A stretch of DNA of 64,000 nucleotides from Methanotrichaceae archaeon (GCA_963803145.1 CAWDLW010000008.1:64001-128000), one strand, 5' to 3'; shown: positions 1-11,159, counted from the stretch's first letter. Made by a program: numbers and translations. Notes: generated by a model from the letters alone, not told the origin.

Positions 1-737
1 CCATAACGGTATTCAGCCCTGATGGAAGGCTCTTTCAGGTTGAATATGCCCGTGAGGCCGTAAGGCGGGGTACAACAGCCGTAGGGATAAAGGCTGTGGA
101 TGGAGTGGCTGTGCTGGTGGATAAGAGGATAACCAGCAGGCTGATGGAACCTAAATCGATTGAGAAGATATTTCAGATTGATACGCATATAGGCGCGGCT
201 ACCTCAGGGTTGGTGGCAGATGCACGTGTTCTAATAGATCGCGCCAGGGTGGAGAGCCAGATTAATAAGCTAATCTATGACGAGCCTATAGGTGTTGAGG
301 CTCTTGCCAAGAAGATCTGCGATTTCAAGCAGCAATATACCCAATATGGTGGCGTTCGGCCTTTTGGAACGGCATTGCTCATAATCGGTGCAGAGGAAGA
401 TAAGACACGCCTCTTCGAGACGGATCCAAGTGGAGCGCTTCTTGAGTATAAGGCAACAGGGATTGGTGCTGGCCGCTCTTCTGTAATGGAAGTCTTCGAG
501 GAAAAGTATAGAGAAGATATCAATATGGATGCCGCCATAATCCTGGGCCTTGAGGCACTCAATAAGGCATCTGAGGGCAAGGTAGAGGCAGCGACTACTG
601 AAATAGGCGTAATAAAGCTTGCGGATAGAAATTTCCATAAGTTAACTGAGAAGGAAGTCGCAGAATACGTTGAAAGGATGAAGGCGCTTGTGGAGATCAG
701 CAAAGAAGGCAGCGAGGGCAAGAAAGGAGAATCCTAA
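1..737 (+). CDS. psmA: Proteasome alpha subunit (5' end outside window)
   Basis: Frame open from base 3: [23 protein letters not shown], plus RPFGTALL and ETDPSG motifs; heads exosome superoperon. Confidence 0.97.
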   Translation, partial: ITVFSPDGRLFQVEYAREAVRRGTTAVGIKAVDGVAVLVDKRITSRLMEPKSIEKIFQIDTHIGAATSGLVADARVLIDRARVESQINKLIYDEPIGVEALAKKICDFKQQYTQYGGVRPFGTALLIIGAEEDKTRLFETDPSGALLEYKATGIGAGRSSVMEVFEEKYREDINMDAAIILGLEALNKASEGKVEAATTEIGVIKLADRNFHKLTEKEVAEYVERMKALVEISKEGSEGKKGES

Positions 738-739
738 GA

Positions 740-1438
740 ATGGTCAGACTGGATGATGCTGTTCCAGCTAGACTCAAAACTCATGGCATCACATTTGAGG
801 TACTAGTCGATCCTGATGGCGCTCTTGCCCTGAAAAGAGGGGATGATATCAAGGTTGACGATATCCTGGCTGTAGAGGATGTTTTCGAGAATGCATCAAG
901 GGGCGACCGTAGTGCAGAGGAGGACCTCAAAAAGGCATTCGGGACAACAGATCCCTTGGCCATAGCCGAGACCATAATTAAGAAGGGCGAGATTAGCCTA
1001 ACGGCAGAGCAGCGCAAGAAGTTCATAGAGAATAAGCGCAGACAGGTAATAGAGGTCATTGCCAGGAACGCTATCAATCCACAAACCAAAACGCCACATC
1101 CTCCAGCAAGGATAGAGCAGGCGATTACTGAGGCACGTGTCAACATAGATCCTGCCAAATCCGTGGATGAGCTGGTAAATATTGCTATGAAGGCCATACG
1201 TCCTCTGATACCGATAAGGTTTGAGGAGGTGGAGGTAGCTGTGAAGATACCAGCCACTTATGCACCCAAGGCATACGGCGAGATATCTGCCTTCGGCAAA
1301 GTGACCAGAGAGTCATGGCAGAATAACGGCTGCTGGATAGGCGTAGTAAAATTCCCGGCAGGAATGCAGGATGACTTCTATTCACTAGTAAACCGGCTGA
1401 CTAAAGGTGAGGCCGAGACGAAACTTCTTAAGCATTGA
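740..1438 (+). CDS. Ribosome maturation factor SBDS/Sdo1
   Basis: FEVLVDP, INPQTKTPHPPARIE, IPIRFEE motifs; canonical position after psmA. Confidence 0.95.
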   Translation: MVRLDDAVPARLKTHGITFEVLVDPDGALALKRGDDIKVDDILAVEDVFENASRGDRSAEEDLKKAFGTTDPLAIAETIIKKGEISLTAEQRKKFIENKRRQVIEVIARNAINPQTKTPHPPARIEQAITEARVNIDPAKSVDELVNIAMKAIRPLIPIRFEEVEVAVKIPATYAPKAYGEISAFGKVTRESWQNNGCWIGVVKFPAGMQDDFYSLVNRLTKGEAETKLLKH

Positions 1439-1457
1439 AGGATCTGGATAGGATCGC

Positions 1458-2123
1458 ATGGATCGCAAGGTGGTTATACCAGGTGATCTTCTCTCTGAGG
1501 ATGCAAAGAGTTCTGGCGAGGGGACGTTTGTAAAAGATGGACGAGTTTACTCCTTGCTATATGGCCTTGCGAACTACAGGGATAAGATAAATGTAATACC
1601 CCTGGCTGGGAAATATATTCCTATCTCCGGGGACAATATTATAGGTATAGTAAAGGACATAACCTTCTCAAACTGGATCGTGGACATAAACTCACCCTAT
1701 GATGGGCTGCTCCATATCTCAGAGTATCCGAAGCGGATCGACGCCGATGAGATGTCTAAACATTTGAGAGTAGGCAGTTCGATAATGACCCGCGTAAAGG
1801 ATGTGGACCCCACAATGAAGGTTGAGCTCACCCTGAATGATAGAAAACTAGGGCCTATCAAGACAGGTAGAATCATAGAGATAAGCCATACAAGAGTCCC
1901 AAGACTGATTGGGAAGGGTGGCTCCATGATCAGCATGCTGAAGAAGGAACTGGCTTGCAATATCTTCGTTGGACAGAATGGAAGGGTCTGGATCAGTGGG
2001 AATGCAGAGGATATGGATCTAGCTCTAAGAACCATTCTTCTAATAGAGAAGGAGGCCCATACCAACGGTCTGACGGATAGGATAGTCGAGTTCCTGAAGA
2101 ATGAGAAAGGGGCCCAAAGTTGA
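1458..2123 (+). CDS. rrp4: Exosome RNA-binding subunit Rrp4 (S1+KH)
   Basis: [22 protein letters not shown] loop, GQNGRVW. Confidence 0.96.
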   Translation: MDRKVVIPGDLLSEDAKSSGEGTFVKDGRVYSLLYGLANYRDKINVIPLAGKYIPISGDNIIGIVKDITFSNWIVDINSPYDGLLHISEYPKRIDADEMSKHLRVGSSIMTRVKDVDPTMKVELTLNDRKLGPIKTGRIIEISHTRVPRLIGKGGSMISMLKKELACNIFVGQNGRVWISGNAEDMDLALRTILLIEKEAHTNGLTDRIVEFLKNEKGAQS

Positions 2124-2128
2124 TCGCT

Positions 2129-2875
2129 ATGGATGGAACTGATATATTATTCTTCAAAGATGGATTACGCCTAGACGGCCGCAGGGCGGATGAAGTTAGG
2201 CCCGTAAAGATAGAGGTAGGAGTCCTGGCGCGCGCAGATGGCTCTTGTTACATTGAAATGGGCGGAAACAAGGTTATAGCAGCGGTGTATGGACCTAGAG
2301 AGGTGCACCCAAGACATCTTCAAGAGGTGACCAGGGCGATTGTGCGATATAGATATAACATGGCATCTTTTTCTGTGGAAGAGAGAAAGCGTCCTGGGCC
2401 TGATCGAAGATCTTATGAGCTATCCAAAGTAAGTCGCGAGGCTCTGGAGCCTGTCATATTCACGTCATACTTCCCAAGATCTGTGATAGACGTCTTCGTC
2501 GAGGTTCTCCAGGCAGATGCAGGAACAAGGACTGCAGGGATTAATGCCGCTGCGGTGGCGCTCGCTGATGCCGGGATACCTATGAAGAGCATGATCAGCG
2601 CCTGTGCTGCAGGAAAAGTAGGCGACACGATTGTCCTTGATCCAATGAAGGAAGAGGACAACTTCGGCCAGGCGGATATGCCTATTGCCATGACTCCAAA
2701 TGGTGAGATTACACTTCTGCAAATGGATGGGCGAATGAGCCGGGATGAGTTTAGACAGGCCATGGAGATGGCGATGAGCGGGTGCAGACAGATTTACGAA
2801 CTTCAGAGAAAGAGCCTGGTGGATAAATATAGCCAGCTTGAGATTGAGCCGGTGCAGGAGGCCCAGACACTATGA
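2129..2875 (+). CDS. rrp41: Exosome subunit Rrp41 (RNase PH family); alternative TTG start at 2120
   Basis: RLDGRR, VYGPRE, GPDRRS, QADAGTR, LLQMDG. Confidence 0.97.
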   Translation: MDGTDILFFKDGLRLDGRRADEVRPVKIEVGVLARADGSCYIEMGGNKVIAAVYGPREVHPRHLQEVTRAIVRYRYNMASFSVEERKRPGPDRRSYELSKVSREALEPVIFTSYFPRSVIDVFVEVLQADAGTRTAGINAAAVALADAGIPMKSMISACAAGKVGDTIVLDPMKEEDNFGQADMPIAMTPNGEITLLQMDGRMSRDEFRQAMEMAMSGCRQIYELQRKSLVDKYSQLEIEPVQEAQTL

Positions 2876-3648
2876 CCAATGTAATCTCGGAGCTTCGGAA
2901 GGATTATATTTACAACCTAACCCTTAAAGGAGAGCGCGCCGACGGCCGGAAGTTCGATGATTATAGAGAGATAGCCATCACAAAAGATGTGATCAGCAAG
3001 GCAGAAGGATCCGCCTTGGTTAAGCTAGGCTCAAGTCAGGTCATGGTCGGAATAAAGATGCAGCCAGGCGAGCCCTTCCCTGATGCGCCCAATCGTGGAG
3101 TAATAATAACTAACGCAGAGCTTGTTCCTCTTGCATCACCCACATTTGAACCAGGTCCACCGAATGAAGTTGGGATAGAGCTCGCGCGAGTCGTTGATCG
3201 CGGAGTTCGCGAGTCAAAAGCAGTTGACCTTGAGGCGCTCTGCATAGTTCCAGGAAAACAGGTGTGGATAATATTCATAGACGTGCATATCCTTGATGAT
3301 TGCGGGAATATACTGGATGCTTCAAGCCTGGGAGCGATAGCTGCTCTGCTGACGACTAAAGTTCCGGCGAGCAGATTCGGTCTGGGAGACGACTTCCCGC
3401 TGCCAGTAAGGGATATACCCATTGCCACAACTGCTATAGAGTTTAACGATGTCCTGATGTTCGATCCGGATGTCGATGAGGAATCGATAGCGAATACAAA
3501 ATTAACCGTGATCTCCACGGCGGAAGGAAACATATGCGGGATGCAAAAAAGCGGGACAGGAACTCTGAAGGCAGATCAGACCTACCGCATTGTTGATATA
3601 GCATGTGAGAAGGCTAAGGAGATCCGGGAGAAATTTCTGGAAGTATAG
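2872..3648 (+). CDS. rrp42: Exosome subunit Rrp42
   Basis: [28 protein letters not shown]. Confidence 0.97.
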   Translation: MTNVISELRKDYIYNLTLKGERADGRKFDDYREIAITKDVISKAEGSALVKLGSSQVMVGIKMQPGEPFPDAPNRGVIITNAELVPLASPTFEPGPPNEVGIELARVVDRGVRESKAVDLEALCIVPGKQVWIIFIDVHILDDCGNILDASSLGAIAALLTTKVPASRFGLGDDFPLPVRDIPIATTAIEFNDVLMFDPDVDEESIANTKLTVISTAEGNICGMQKSGTGTLKADQTYRIVDIACEKAKEIREKFLEV

Positions 3649-3651
3649 ATA

Positions 3652-3933
3652 ATGGTTAACCCAACTAGAAAAGGAAGGAAGAGCAGATCTGCAGCCCGGT
3701 TTGGTCCAAGGTACGGTCGCAAGTCGCGAAAGCTTGTAGCCGATATTGAGGAGAAGACCAAGGCTCATTATGATTGCCCGCAATGCGGAAGAACAAAGGT
3801 TCGAAGAATAAGCTCAGCAATCTGGAGCTGCGCCAAGTGCGGTTACACCTTTGCCGGAGGCACGTTTGTACCCGAGACTTCCCTAGGTCGATCTGCTATT
3901 CGGTCACTCAAGAGGAGCTTAGAGGTAGAGTAA
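3652..3933 (+). CDS. rpl37ae: 50S ribosomal protein L37Ae (eL43)
   Basis: RFGPRYG, CPQC..IWSCAKC zinc ribbon. Confidence 0.96.
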   Translation: MVNPTRKGRKSRSAARFGPRYGRKSRKLVADIEEKTKAHYDCPQCGRTKVRRISSAIWSCAKCGYTFAGGTFVPETSLGRSAIRSLKRSLEVE

Positions 3934-3936
3934 AAG

Positions 3937-4074
3937 ATGGCCTACAAATGCACCAGATGCAAGAAGACCGTCGAGATTGATTACGAGTACAGCGGCATAC
4001 GGTGCCCTTATTGCGGTCATAGAATATTGATGAAGGAAAGGCCGACTACGGTCAAGAGGATGAAAGCTGTCTGA
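3937..4074 (+). CDS. rpoP: RNA polymerase subunit P (Rpo12), 45 aa, absent from ORF track
   Basis: Manual translation [45 protein letters not shown]. Confidence 0.95.
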   Translation: MAYKCTRCKKTVEIDYEYSGIRCPYCGHRILMKERPTTVKRMKAV

Positions 4075-4481
4075 TGAAGGTCACGACATCGAGGGACCCA
4101 TCCGCAAAATCCAGGAGGCTAGGAAAGATCCTAGCCAGGTTTCTTTCCATCCCTTACATCAATCGGGGTAAGCTTAGCCTCGATGATGATGAGGAGCCCT
4201 GGCTTGTTGTCGTGGAGGACCACGGCAACCCCACTGGGCTTGTCAAGCGCACCGCAATGGGTGAGGAACTTCTGGCATTTAAGCTTTCATCTGATCCAGA
4301 GACTAGGCAGTTCAAGAAGCTGATACCATCTGTTACAGGCTTAGCAGAGGATGCAAGTCCAATTGCTAGCTTTTTTGAACTGAAGTGGTCACCAGAGCCG
4401 ACGAGACGGTTTATAAATGTAGCACCTGGGCATGTTGATTTCATAAATGAAGGAGAGATCATTCTCAGGCTGAAGACATGA
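4074..4481 (+). CDS. Brix/Imp4-like ribosome biogenesis protein
   Basis: TTSRDPS, YINRGK, GNP motifs; superoperon position. Confidence 0.85.
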   Translation: MKVTTSRDPSAKSRRLGKILARFLSIPYINRGKLSLDDDEEPWLVVVEDHGNPTGLVKRTAMGEELLAFKLSSDPETRQFKKLIPSVTGLAEDASPIASFFELKWSPEPTRRFINVAPGHVDFINEGEIILRLKT

Positions 4482-4705
4482 AGGGCTGTATAGAGCTTCT
4501 CTTCGAGATGGAGGAGCCTGAAAGGATATACCGAGCTCTAACCCCTGAGCTTGAGGATGAGCTTCATAGATCCAGTGTAAATCTGACATTCTGCGACGAT
4601 GGCATTGGACTTACGATGAAGGGTAGCGATATCTCCTCCCTAAGGGCAGCCCTGAACACATGGGTAAGATTGATCAAGATTGCATATGAGATGGTGAATA
4701 TATGA
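4478..4705 (+). CDS. pcc1: KEOPS complex subunit Pcc1
   Basis: DISSLRAALNTWVRLIKIA. Confidence 0.92.
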   Translation: MKGCIELLFEMEEPERIYRALTPELEDELHRSSVNLTFCDDGIGLTMKGSDISSLRAALNTWVRLIKIAYEMVNI

Positions 4706-5064
4706 GTGGTGAATTGCCCCCGCAAGTACAGAACCAGCTCGCTCAGCTCCAACAGCTCCAGCAGCAGGCACAGGCAGTAATGACCCAGAAGGGCCAAATA
4801 GAGGCTCTGACCAGGGAGATAGATGCCGCCTTGAAGGAGCTGGAAAAAAGCAGCGATGATGCGATTATATACAAGAGCGTTGGCGAGCTTCTTTTCAAAG
4901 CTGAAAAGGCAAAGCTTGTAGAGGAACTGAAAGAGAGAAAGGATATGATGGATCTCAGGCTGAAGACTATGGCCAAGCAAGAGGAGAGAATCCAGAGCAG
5001 GTTTACTCAGCTTCAGGACCAGCTTAAGCAGTCTCTCGGCCAGATGCCGCCGAAAGGCGGCTAA
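4702..5064 (+). CDS. pfdB: Prefoldin beta subunit
   Basis: LPPQVQ..Q-rich coiled coil, IYKSVGELL. Confidence 0.95.
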   Translation: MSGELPPQVQNQLAQLQQLQQQAQAVMTQKGQIEALTREIDAALKELEKSSDDAIIYKSVGELLFKAEKAKLVEELKERKDMMDLRLKTMAKQEERIQSRFTQLQDQLKQSLGQMPPKGG

Positions 5065-5188
5065 AATCCTAAAATCCTAAATTCAATAATAATCCATCCA
5101 ATAATCCGATTATAGGCGCTAAACTCAATAGCCGAATTATAGGCGCTAGATCCGAACGAAAGCCGGTTGAAAATCAATCATGTTCAGC

Positions 5189-5266
5189 GGGCCCGTGGCT
5201 TAGCCAGGATATAGCACCGGGCTTCTAACCCGGTGGTCGCGGGTTCGAGTCCCGCCGGGCCCGCCA
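5189..5266 (+). tRNA. tRNA-Arg(TCT)
   Basis: GGGCCCG/CGGGCCC acceptor stem, CCGGG-CT-TCT-AA-CCCGG anticodon arm, GGTTCGAGTCC T-arm, encoded CCA. Confidence 0.96.
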
Positions 5267-5317
5267 TAAGATTTTAAGGTAATAATAACTAATAATTATA
5301 AACGATAAAGAGGAGAT

Positions 5318-5506
5318 ATGTGCGAGCTAACGGTCTATACTGTGAGTGGCGTTAAACGTGAGAAGGTTATGGAAAGTGTCGTAAGGCTCCTTTCCCGCGA
5401 TGGAAAGGTGCTGCTCGAAGGAATTCTAGGCGATTCCATGGAGATAACTGGCAAACTCGTGGATGTTGACATCATCGCCCAGGAAGCGAGTATCGTCGTG
5501 GCATAG
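5318..5506 (+). CDS. CooT-family small nickel-binding protein
   Basis: MCE start, VMESV, ILGD pattern, 62 aa; GGAG upstream. Confidence 0.75.
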   Translation: MCELTVYTVSGVKREKVMESVVRLLSRDGKVLLEGILGDSMEITGKLVDVDIIAQEASIVVA

Positions 5507-5759
5507 GCATAAGATAGCCTATGTTTATTATTAATCGATCCATAAAATATAAATTTACTATTGGATATCCATAATCCGATATTTCAGTCGGGGCAAAATA
5601 GCATAGCAGGCTGGATTCAATTTCACTTCATTTTCTTTTAAACAGAAGCTCTCTCGCCTGAAGCCTGAAAGTTGACCCATTTTTTGGGGATCAATAGGAA
5701 GTTAAAAATTGAAAAGCATCTGGCCATACGGCTAATACGCCAGGCCATAGCAACTGGGC

Positions 5760-6203
5760 TCAGATCGGTTGGGCCTGATCTGCAGGATAAATGACATGCC
5801 AGACGCCATCAATGCCATCACCATTTGTGTCCCCTGGATGTCTATCCTTGCTATAGAGATAGAGCGGCCAGTTCTTGAAAGTGGTCTGCTTGCTGCCGTC
5901 TGTTCGAGTTATCACTCCAAAATCCGTCGAGTCCAGACCATCAGGTAACGAAACATCTGCAGCATAGAAAGGATGCCATAGGGCAGCACATTCGCCATAG
6001 CATGTGCTGGCATCGAGTTCGGCGGAATCATTCTGGAGGTAGTAGAGTGTGAAACCGCTTTGGTTGACAAGATATGTACCCGTGAACTTATTGGTGGTCG
6101 TCTTTATTGTGTAGCCTTCAGCCCAAGCTAGGGATGAGATAGAAATGAGTGAGAGGACTAGAAGGAAGATTATAAAGCTATTATCTTTTGACAAAGGATT
6201 CAC
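5760..6203 (-). CDS. Secreted protein with Yx(F/W/Y)xxD repeats (COG4315-like)
   Basis: Signal peptide; GFTLYYLQND, C.GECAALW.P, WPLYLYSKD..PGDTNG. Confidence 0.85.
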   Translation of the reverse strand: MNPLSKDNSFIIFLLVLSLISISSLAWAEGYTIKTTTNKFTGTYLVNQSGFTLYYLQNDSAELDASTCYGECAALWHPFYAADVSLPDGLDSTDFGVITRTDGSKQTTFKNWPLYLYSKDRHPGDTNGDGIDGVWHVIYPADQAQPI

Positions 6204-6385
6204 CTCTGCTTTTCAATGGTGGGATTGGTTAAAAAGGGTTTGCCTGACATCCATCATTGGATCTTGGGCTACTGTAAACGAAGTCTGAGATCAACTGATA
6301 ATAGAGTACGCTATTAAAGTACGGTATTAAGGCTATTTACATGGACCAAAAAGCTTTATGGGCTTAACGTAGTAAAGAGCCAACT

Positions 6386-6937
6386 ATGATATCGAGAAAG
6401 GCAATTTGCGTACTATTCATATCTCTAATGCTCACTGCCATATTAGGCAGTGTGGCTCAGGAGATGACAAGTTCGCTATCTGTGCCCACCAAGAACCTGC
6501 CCGAGGGATTCAAGCTAGCGGCAGTCGAGACTAAATTTACCAAGGGCATAAACATGACCGATGAGATCGAGGACTTTTATGGAGCAAAGGATATTGGCGT
6601 GGTCAACGCCACCCTCGGGAGATACTGGTGGGGCGACCCAGGTACAACTTATGTATCCAAGATTACTCTGATATCCACCAGTGATGAGGAACATGCTCAG
6701 GCTGCGATGTCAAATTACGTATCCCAGCCCGACTTCCAGATGCCGCCGTACAAGGGAATTCCCCGCTTTAGCTATGCACTTGTGAACGGCCACAATACAA
6801 CAGAGATTAGGGATGCAGTTGGCGATAACAGCCTGAGGTATCTATATCTCTGGAATAAGGGAAATATTGTTGTTCTGGTAGAGGGCAATGGAGATAGGAG
6901 CAAGAGCCTGGAGCTTGCGAGCGCCACTGGGCTCTGA
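6386..6937 (+). CDS. Secreted hypothetical protein
   Basis: N-terminal hydrophobic signal; 183 aa ORF after BRE/TATA-like sequence. Confidence 0.75.
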   Translation: MISRKAICVLFISLMLTAILGSVAQEMTSSLSVPTKNLPEGFKLAAVETKFTKGINMTDEIEDFYGAKDIGVVNATLGRYWWGDPGTTYVSKITLISTSDEEHAQAAMSNYVSQPDFQMPPYKGIPRFSYALVNGHNTTEIRDAVGDNSLRYLYLWNKGNIVVLVEGNGDRSKSLELASATGL

Positions 6938-6987
6938 GCTTTAATTTTTAAAGAATACAAGAAAAATATTAGGCAGACTTCTCCAGC

Positions 6988-8037
6988 CTATCGTTTTCCG
7001 TAACTAAGATTCAGTTCCCCGTCACTCCAATCATAAACAGGATAAGTCTTGCGCTTATGCCCGGAATCCTTCAAAGCCTGGACAACGATTGGAACTGTGA
7101 CTGTCGCATCTGAGAATACCTGGACCTTGCTCGCCTCGCTTTTCACCTTGCCCCATGAGACCGCCTCCTCAAAGGTGCAGCCTGACAGTCCTCCCCAGTG
7201 GGGAGCATCTGTGGTATACTGCAGAGCATAGCTGTGGCCGCCGGAGTAAACGCCTATCAGCTCGGCTATGACCTCTGTCTGCTGGATGAAGTTCTTGGGA
7301 ACTCCGCCGCCGATGTATATCACGCCAGTCTTAGATGACTTCTCGACAATCTGCGTTATCTCATCAACGTCTTTGATCTGGTCAACCATGACCTTGTGGC
7401 CATCGCGATACGCCATGACCATTCCTATTCCTATCGAGCTGTCCCCCAGCGCGGGCACGAAGATCGGCACTCCGGCTTTGTGAGCCGCCCCAAGGATTGT
7501 GGTCTCAGGAAGTCCCTCGCCGATCATGTACATCAGCTCCCTAGAGGAGTATCTCTTATCTGCGCTCAGCCCTTTAACGAAGTTGGATATGTGCATGTCA
7601 GCCTTGTGGAGCTCTATCTCAGAGACAAACACATCGTAGATCCTATCTATCTTGCACTCGTTGAGGTAGGCATCGTCCGCACATGCGGAGCCGCGATAGT
7701 GCACAATCCCCAGGCCCTCGCATAAATCGTGGAAGAGGTTCGCGCCGGTGCTGACAAGGCAGTCGATCATTCTCTCGCTGATGAGATATGCTATGAACTC
7801 TCCAAGCCCTGCAGGGACCATTGCGCCTGCCAGGCCGAGGAAGATAGTGACCTCCTCGTCCAGCATGTGCTCCCAGATTCTCATGGACTGGCCAAGCTGT
7901 CCGCCCTGAAATCCCATCTTGCCCATATCCCTTACCAGATCTGACACTCCCCGGGCCCTAACGGGGATAGTTGTCCTTACCTTATCGCCATCGCAGGTGA
8001 AGCCATGATCTTGACCATGATCCATGTGATCCCTCAA
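6988..8037 (-). CDS. dys: Deoxyhypusine synthase
   Basis: GLAGAMVPAG, STGAN, GGGVPK, GGLSG, EAVSWGK (catalytic Lys). Confidence 0.94.
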   Translation of the reverse strand: MRDHMDHGQDHGFTCDGDKVRTTIPVRARGVSDLVRDMGKMGFQGGQLGQSMRIWEHMLDEEVTIFLGLAGAMVPAGLGEFIAYLISERMIDCLVSTGANLFHDLCEGLGIVHYRGSACADDAYLNECKIDRIYDVFVSEIELHKADMHISNFVKGLSADKRYSSRELMYMIGEGLPETTILGAAHKAGVPIFVPALGDSSIGIGMVMAYRDGHKVMVDQIKDVDEITQIVEKSSKTGVIYIGGGVPKNFIQQTEVIAELIGVYSGGHSYALQYTTDAPHWGGLSGCTFEEAVSWGKVKSEASKVQVFSDATVTVPIVVQALKDSGHKRKTYPVYDWSDGELNLSYGKR

Positions 8038-8342
8038 ATCAGTCTTAAGCAGGGCAGAATGCTTTTAAGATTATCTTTCTTCCGCTTCTCTGCCGATATG
8101 TGTACCGGTTCTTGGAGAGAAAAAACGAAGATTGCGCGAAGGCTGATGTCTGGCTGATCCCAACGATCCCAACGATCCTAGGCTGATTCTATAGTGATTC
8201 TGTAATCCTTCCCAGTAAAATCGAAAATGCCATTGAACCAAGAGTGCTCCAATGCTCTTAGTGTTTCTCCCAGCCATCATTGGCAGCTCTTATTTTGCTA
8301 CCTTTGCAGCCTTTTAGGATAATCCCATTAATCTCGTCGGCT

Positions 8343-8750
8343 TTACGTAGGCGTATCTTTTTTATCGGTGTTTTCTTCGGAGCATTCTTGGCTTGCCCTA
8401 ATTAAAATCATCCTATCCTCTTGTAGGGTAATATTAACTGGGGCTATCATAAGCCCTTCCATTTCGCTATCCGACTCAATAGCGTCTGCAATAGCCCTTA
8501 AAGATTGGATTATATCCTCTTTAGCTAAACCAGCAGGAACAACGGCCTGGACGTTCGAGTTTTCCGTACATATGATAACTCCGGGCATGCATGGGGATCC
8601 TCCTGCAATCACTTCTCCTGTATCGGCGTTGTAGATAGTGGCTGGCACTTTGCATTTTCCGCAAACAACCGTATTGTTATTGACTTCGCTTTCGTCCACA
8701 TCTTTCTCCAAATAATCATTACAGCCGGGGCATACTATTCTTATCTTCAT
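8343..8750 (-). CDS. Hypothetical protein with N-terminal CxxC..CxxC zinc ribbon
   Basis: CPGC..CGKC; GGAG upstream. Confidence 0.65.
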   Translation of the reverse strand: MKIRIVCPGCNDYLEKDVDESEVNNNTVVCGKCKVPATIYNADTGEVIAGGSPCMPGVIICTENSNVQAVVPAGLAKEDIIQSLRAIADAIESDSEMEGLMIAPVNITLQEDRMILIRASQECSEENTDKKDTPT

Positions 8751-8932
8751 TTCAATTCATCTCCTGCACTAATCATCGTACCACTCATGGCATTTAAACT
8801 GACCTTACCTTATCTTGTTTGCAGTTACTTATGGTGAGGATATATGCCATGGTATTGGCACACGATGCCTTGTTTCTTGTTATCTCTCACTATTTGCAGC
8901 CCGCCTAGTTTGCCATTATTGGTACACTAATG

Positions 8933-9118
8933 TTAACCTCCTTTCCATGCTTTAATTAAGGTATCTGCATTTGTCTTTTCGCTCACTGTCTCTATGACAC
9001 TCCTACCGCCTTCGATATAGGAGATTACCGAACCATCTTTCACAGCAATCTTTTCCTTGCTGTTTTCATCGATGATATTCCAGCCATCTTGAACTCTCTC
9101 CACTGAATATATACTCAT
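8933..9118 (-). CDS. Small hypothetical protein
   Basis: 61 aa ATG ORF preceded by GAGG. Confidence 0.5.
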   Translation of the reverse strand: MSIYSVERVQDGWNIIDENSKEKIAVKDGSVISYIEGGRSVIETVSEKTNADTLIKAWKGG

Positions 9119-9227
9119 ATCTTAGATCCTCAATTGCGGTATATGCGCTAGTTATCTCCATTCTTGGCTCTTTCTTATGAATATAGCTATAGGAGATGAT
9201 GGCCTTATATGAATGGGGGGGGGGCGC

Positions 9228-10466
9228 AGGGGTAGAGAAGACTCCGGTCTTTAGGCCGGAGATGAATCGTACCCCGCTTCTTCTTTATGCGGCAAGGCTA
9301 TATATACTAACACAGCATAAATAAGCATATGCTTAAAGCGTACAAGTTTAGGCTCTATCCCACAAAAGCTCAAAGAACCAGGATGGAACGAACGCTAGAC
9401 TTGTGCCGATGGACATACAACCAAACTTTGGCATATCGAAAGAATGCATGGGAGAAAGAAGGCAAATCCGTATCCAAATATGAAACTCACAACCTTCTTC
9501 CTCAATGGAAAGTCGATAAGCCTGAGCTTAATGAAGTATTCTCTCAGGCTCTTCAGAATGTTCAGGAACGGGTAGATTTAGCTCTGAAAGCCTTTTTTCG
9601 TAGAGTCAAAACAGGAGAGAAATCTGGATATCCCCGATTTAGAGGCAAAGGCTGGTATGATTCTTTCAGCTATCCTCAGATGGGATTCAAAATCGAAGAT
9701 GGTAAGCTTCATCTATCCAAAATCGGAGATATCAAGATCAAGCTACATAGGCCAATTGAGGGAAGAATCAAGCGTCTAACTGTTCGGAGAGCGGCAACGG
9801 GCAAATGGTTTGCTTGCTTCTCAGTTGAACAAGAAGAAGTGCCTGTACCACCTTGGAAAAATGGATCTCACGTCGGTATAGATGTTGGCCTGGAAAGCTT
9901 CGCTACTCTCTCAAACGGAGAGAAGATCGCTAACCCTCGATTCTTCAGAGAAGAGGAACAGGAGCTCGCCAGAGTACAAAGAAAGCTCTCGAAAGCTCCC
10001 AAAGGAACACCCGAAAGAAGGAAAGCTCTCAAGGTAGTTGAAAGAGTCCATGAAAGAATCGCTAACAAGCGATGTGAGTTTGCTCACAAGATCAGTCGTG
10101 ATCTGGTAGACCGATTTGGCTTAATCGCCTTTGAAGATCTCAATATCATAGGCATGATGCATAACCACAATTTGGCTAAAAGCATCGGAGACGTAGCTTG
10201 GAATATGCTGGTGAACATAACATCCTACAAAGCTGCAAACGCTGGTTCGATGGTAATCCTAGTAGATCCAAGGAATACATCTAAGATGTGTTCAAGATGT
10301 GGCATTCTGGTTGAAAAGGCGCTTTCCGATAGAGTCCATAACTGCTCTCAGTGTGGACTTTCCCTGGACAGGGATTGGAATGCTGCTATAAATATACTCA
10401 GATTGGGATTGCAATCTGTTCGTAAAATCGATAGAAGCCCCGCTCTTTAGGGCGGGGAGCAGTCAC
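9228..10466 (+). mobile_element. IS200/IS605-family tnpB-only element (IS1341-like); left boundary approximate
   Basis: Left hairpin CTCCGGTC-TTTA-GGCCGGAG (9242-9261); right hairpin CCCCGCTC-TTTA-GGGCGGGG (10438-10457) followed by TCAC end; no tnpA. Confidence 0.88.
9329..10450 (+). CDS. tnpB: RNA-guided endonuclease TnpB
   Basis: KAYKFRLYPT HTH; RuvC GID, FED, DRDWNAAIN; CSRC/CSQC zinc finger. Confidence 0.95.
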   Translation: MLKAYKFRLYPTKAQRTRMERTLDLCRWTYNQTLAYRKNAWEKEGKSVSKYETHNLLPQWKVDKPELNEVFSQALQNVQERVDLALKAFFRRVKTGEKSGYPRFRGKGWYDSFSYPQMGFKIEDGKLHLSKIGDIKIKLHRPIEGRIKRLTVRRAATGKWFACFSVEQEEVPVPPWKNGSHVGIDVGLESFATLSNGEKIANPRFFREEEQELARVQRKLSKAPKGTPERRKALKVVERVHERIANKRCEFAHKISRDLVDRFGLIAFEDLNIIGMMHNHNLAKSIGDVAWNMLVNITSYKAANAGSMVILVDPRNTSKMCSRCGILVEKALSDRVHNCSQCGLSLDRDWNAAINILRLGLQSVRKIDRSPAL

Positions 10467-10703
10467 ATCGGCTATCTGTTTTTAAAATCCAATTTGATCT
10501 AGCAAATTAATCTACCAACCATAAACTAATCACTTACATAGTCTTAGTTGGCATAAAGCTTGCTTTACTATTATATGAGGCAACAGCAGAAATTGAAGTA
10601 GAACCAAAATGTAGGCATATGCACATATAATTTTTGATACCGAAACGAACTTCGCATAAGCCAAAAGCTTTTTACATCATAGATTTTATCCCAATCTGAG
10701 GGA

Positions 10704-11159
10704 TTGACCACGAAGATATTGGCTTTAGTATTTGTAGCAATACTTGCAGCTGCCTCCATATCAGTCTCAATGGGGATGACAAATTCTGACAAAGATGCCC
10801 TAAATGCTTCTGTTGTCCTAGCTTTGGAAAAGACAGGAAACTTTAGTTATATAATGGCTGGAGTCGATTCGAATAATAATTTAACCATATGGTCTACTTC
10901 CAAATCGACAGATCAAAATAGCACTATAACTAACCTTGGCTATATTATTGGCGTTTATTTGGGTGCGGCTAAAAGTTACTCAGACTTATCAGATTTGAAT
11001 ATCATGATTGGTACAAAAGAGAATGTCGTTGAGACAATGTACTGTAAAAGATCTTGGGTCGATGAAGTAAAAATCGATTCCGCCGGGAATATGAATGACA
11101 ACGATCTCGCAGCGTTGGTTCTGAAAGTTCTAAGCACTCTCCAGGTGAAATCCCAATAA
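10704..11159 (+). CDS. Secreted/membrane-anchored hypothetical protein
   Basis: Signal peptide; GAGG upstream; start may be TTG 10704 or ACG 10710. Confidence 0.65.
   Translation: MTTKILALVFVAILAAASISVSMGMTNSDKDALNASVVLALEKTGNFSYIMAGVDSNNNLTIWSTSKSTDQNSTITNLGYIIGVYLGAAKSYSDLSDLNIMIGTKENVVETMYCKRSWVDEVKIDSAGNMNDNDLAALVLKVLSTLQVKSQ

Noticed and set aside
270-4980. Long antisense ORFs over the exosome operon (also over kinases, kaiC and ABC genes)
   Set aside because: Shadow frames of well-supported genes with no recognisable motifs
5062-5150. Short duplications before tRNA-Arg (ATTATAGGCGCTA twice)
   Set aside because: Two copies only, no integrase or tRNA fragment; likely local slippage
8156-8180. 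GATCCCAAC tandem repeat
   Set aside because: About 2.5 copies of a 9-mer with no supporting context
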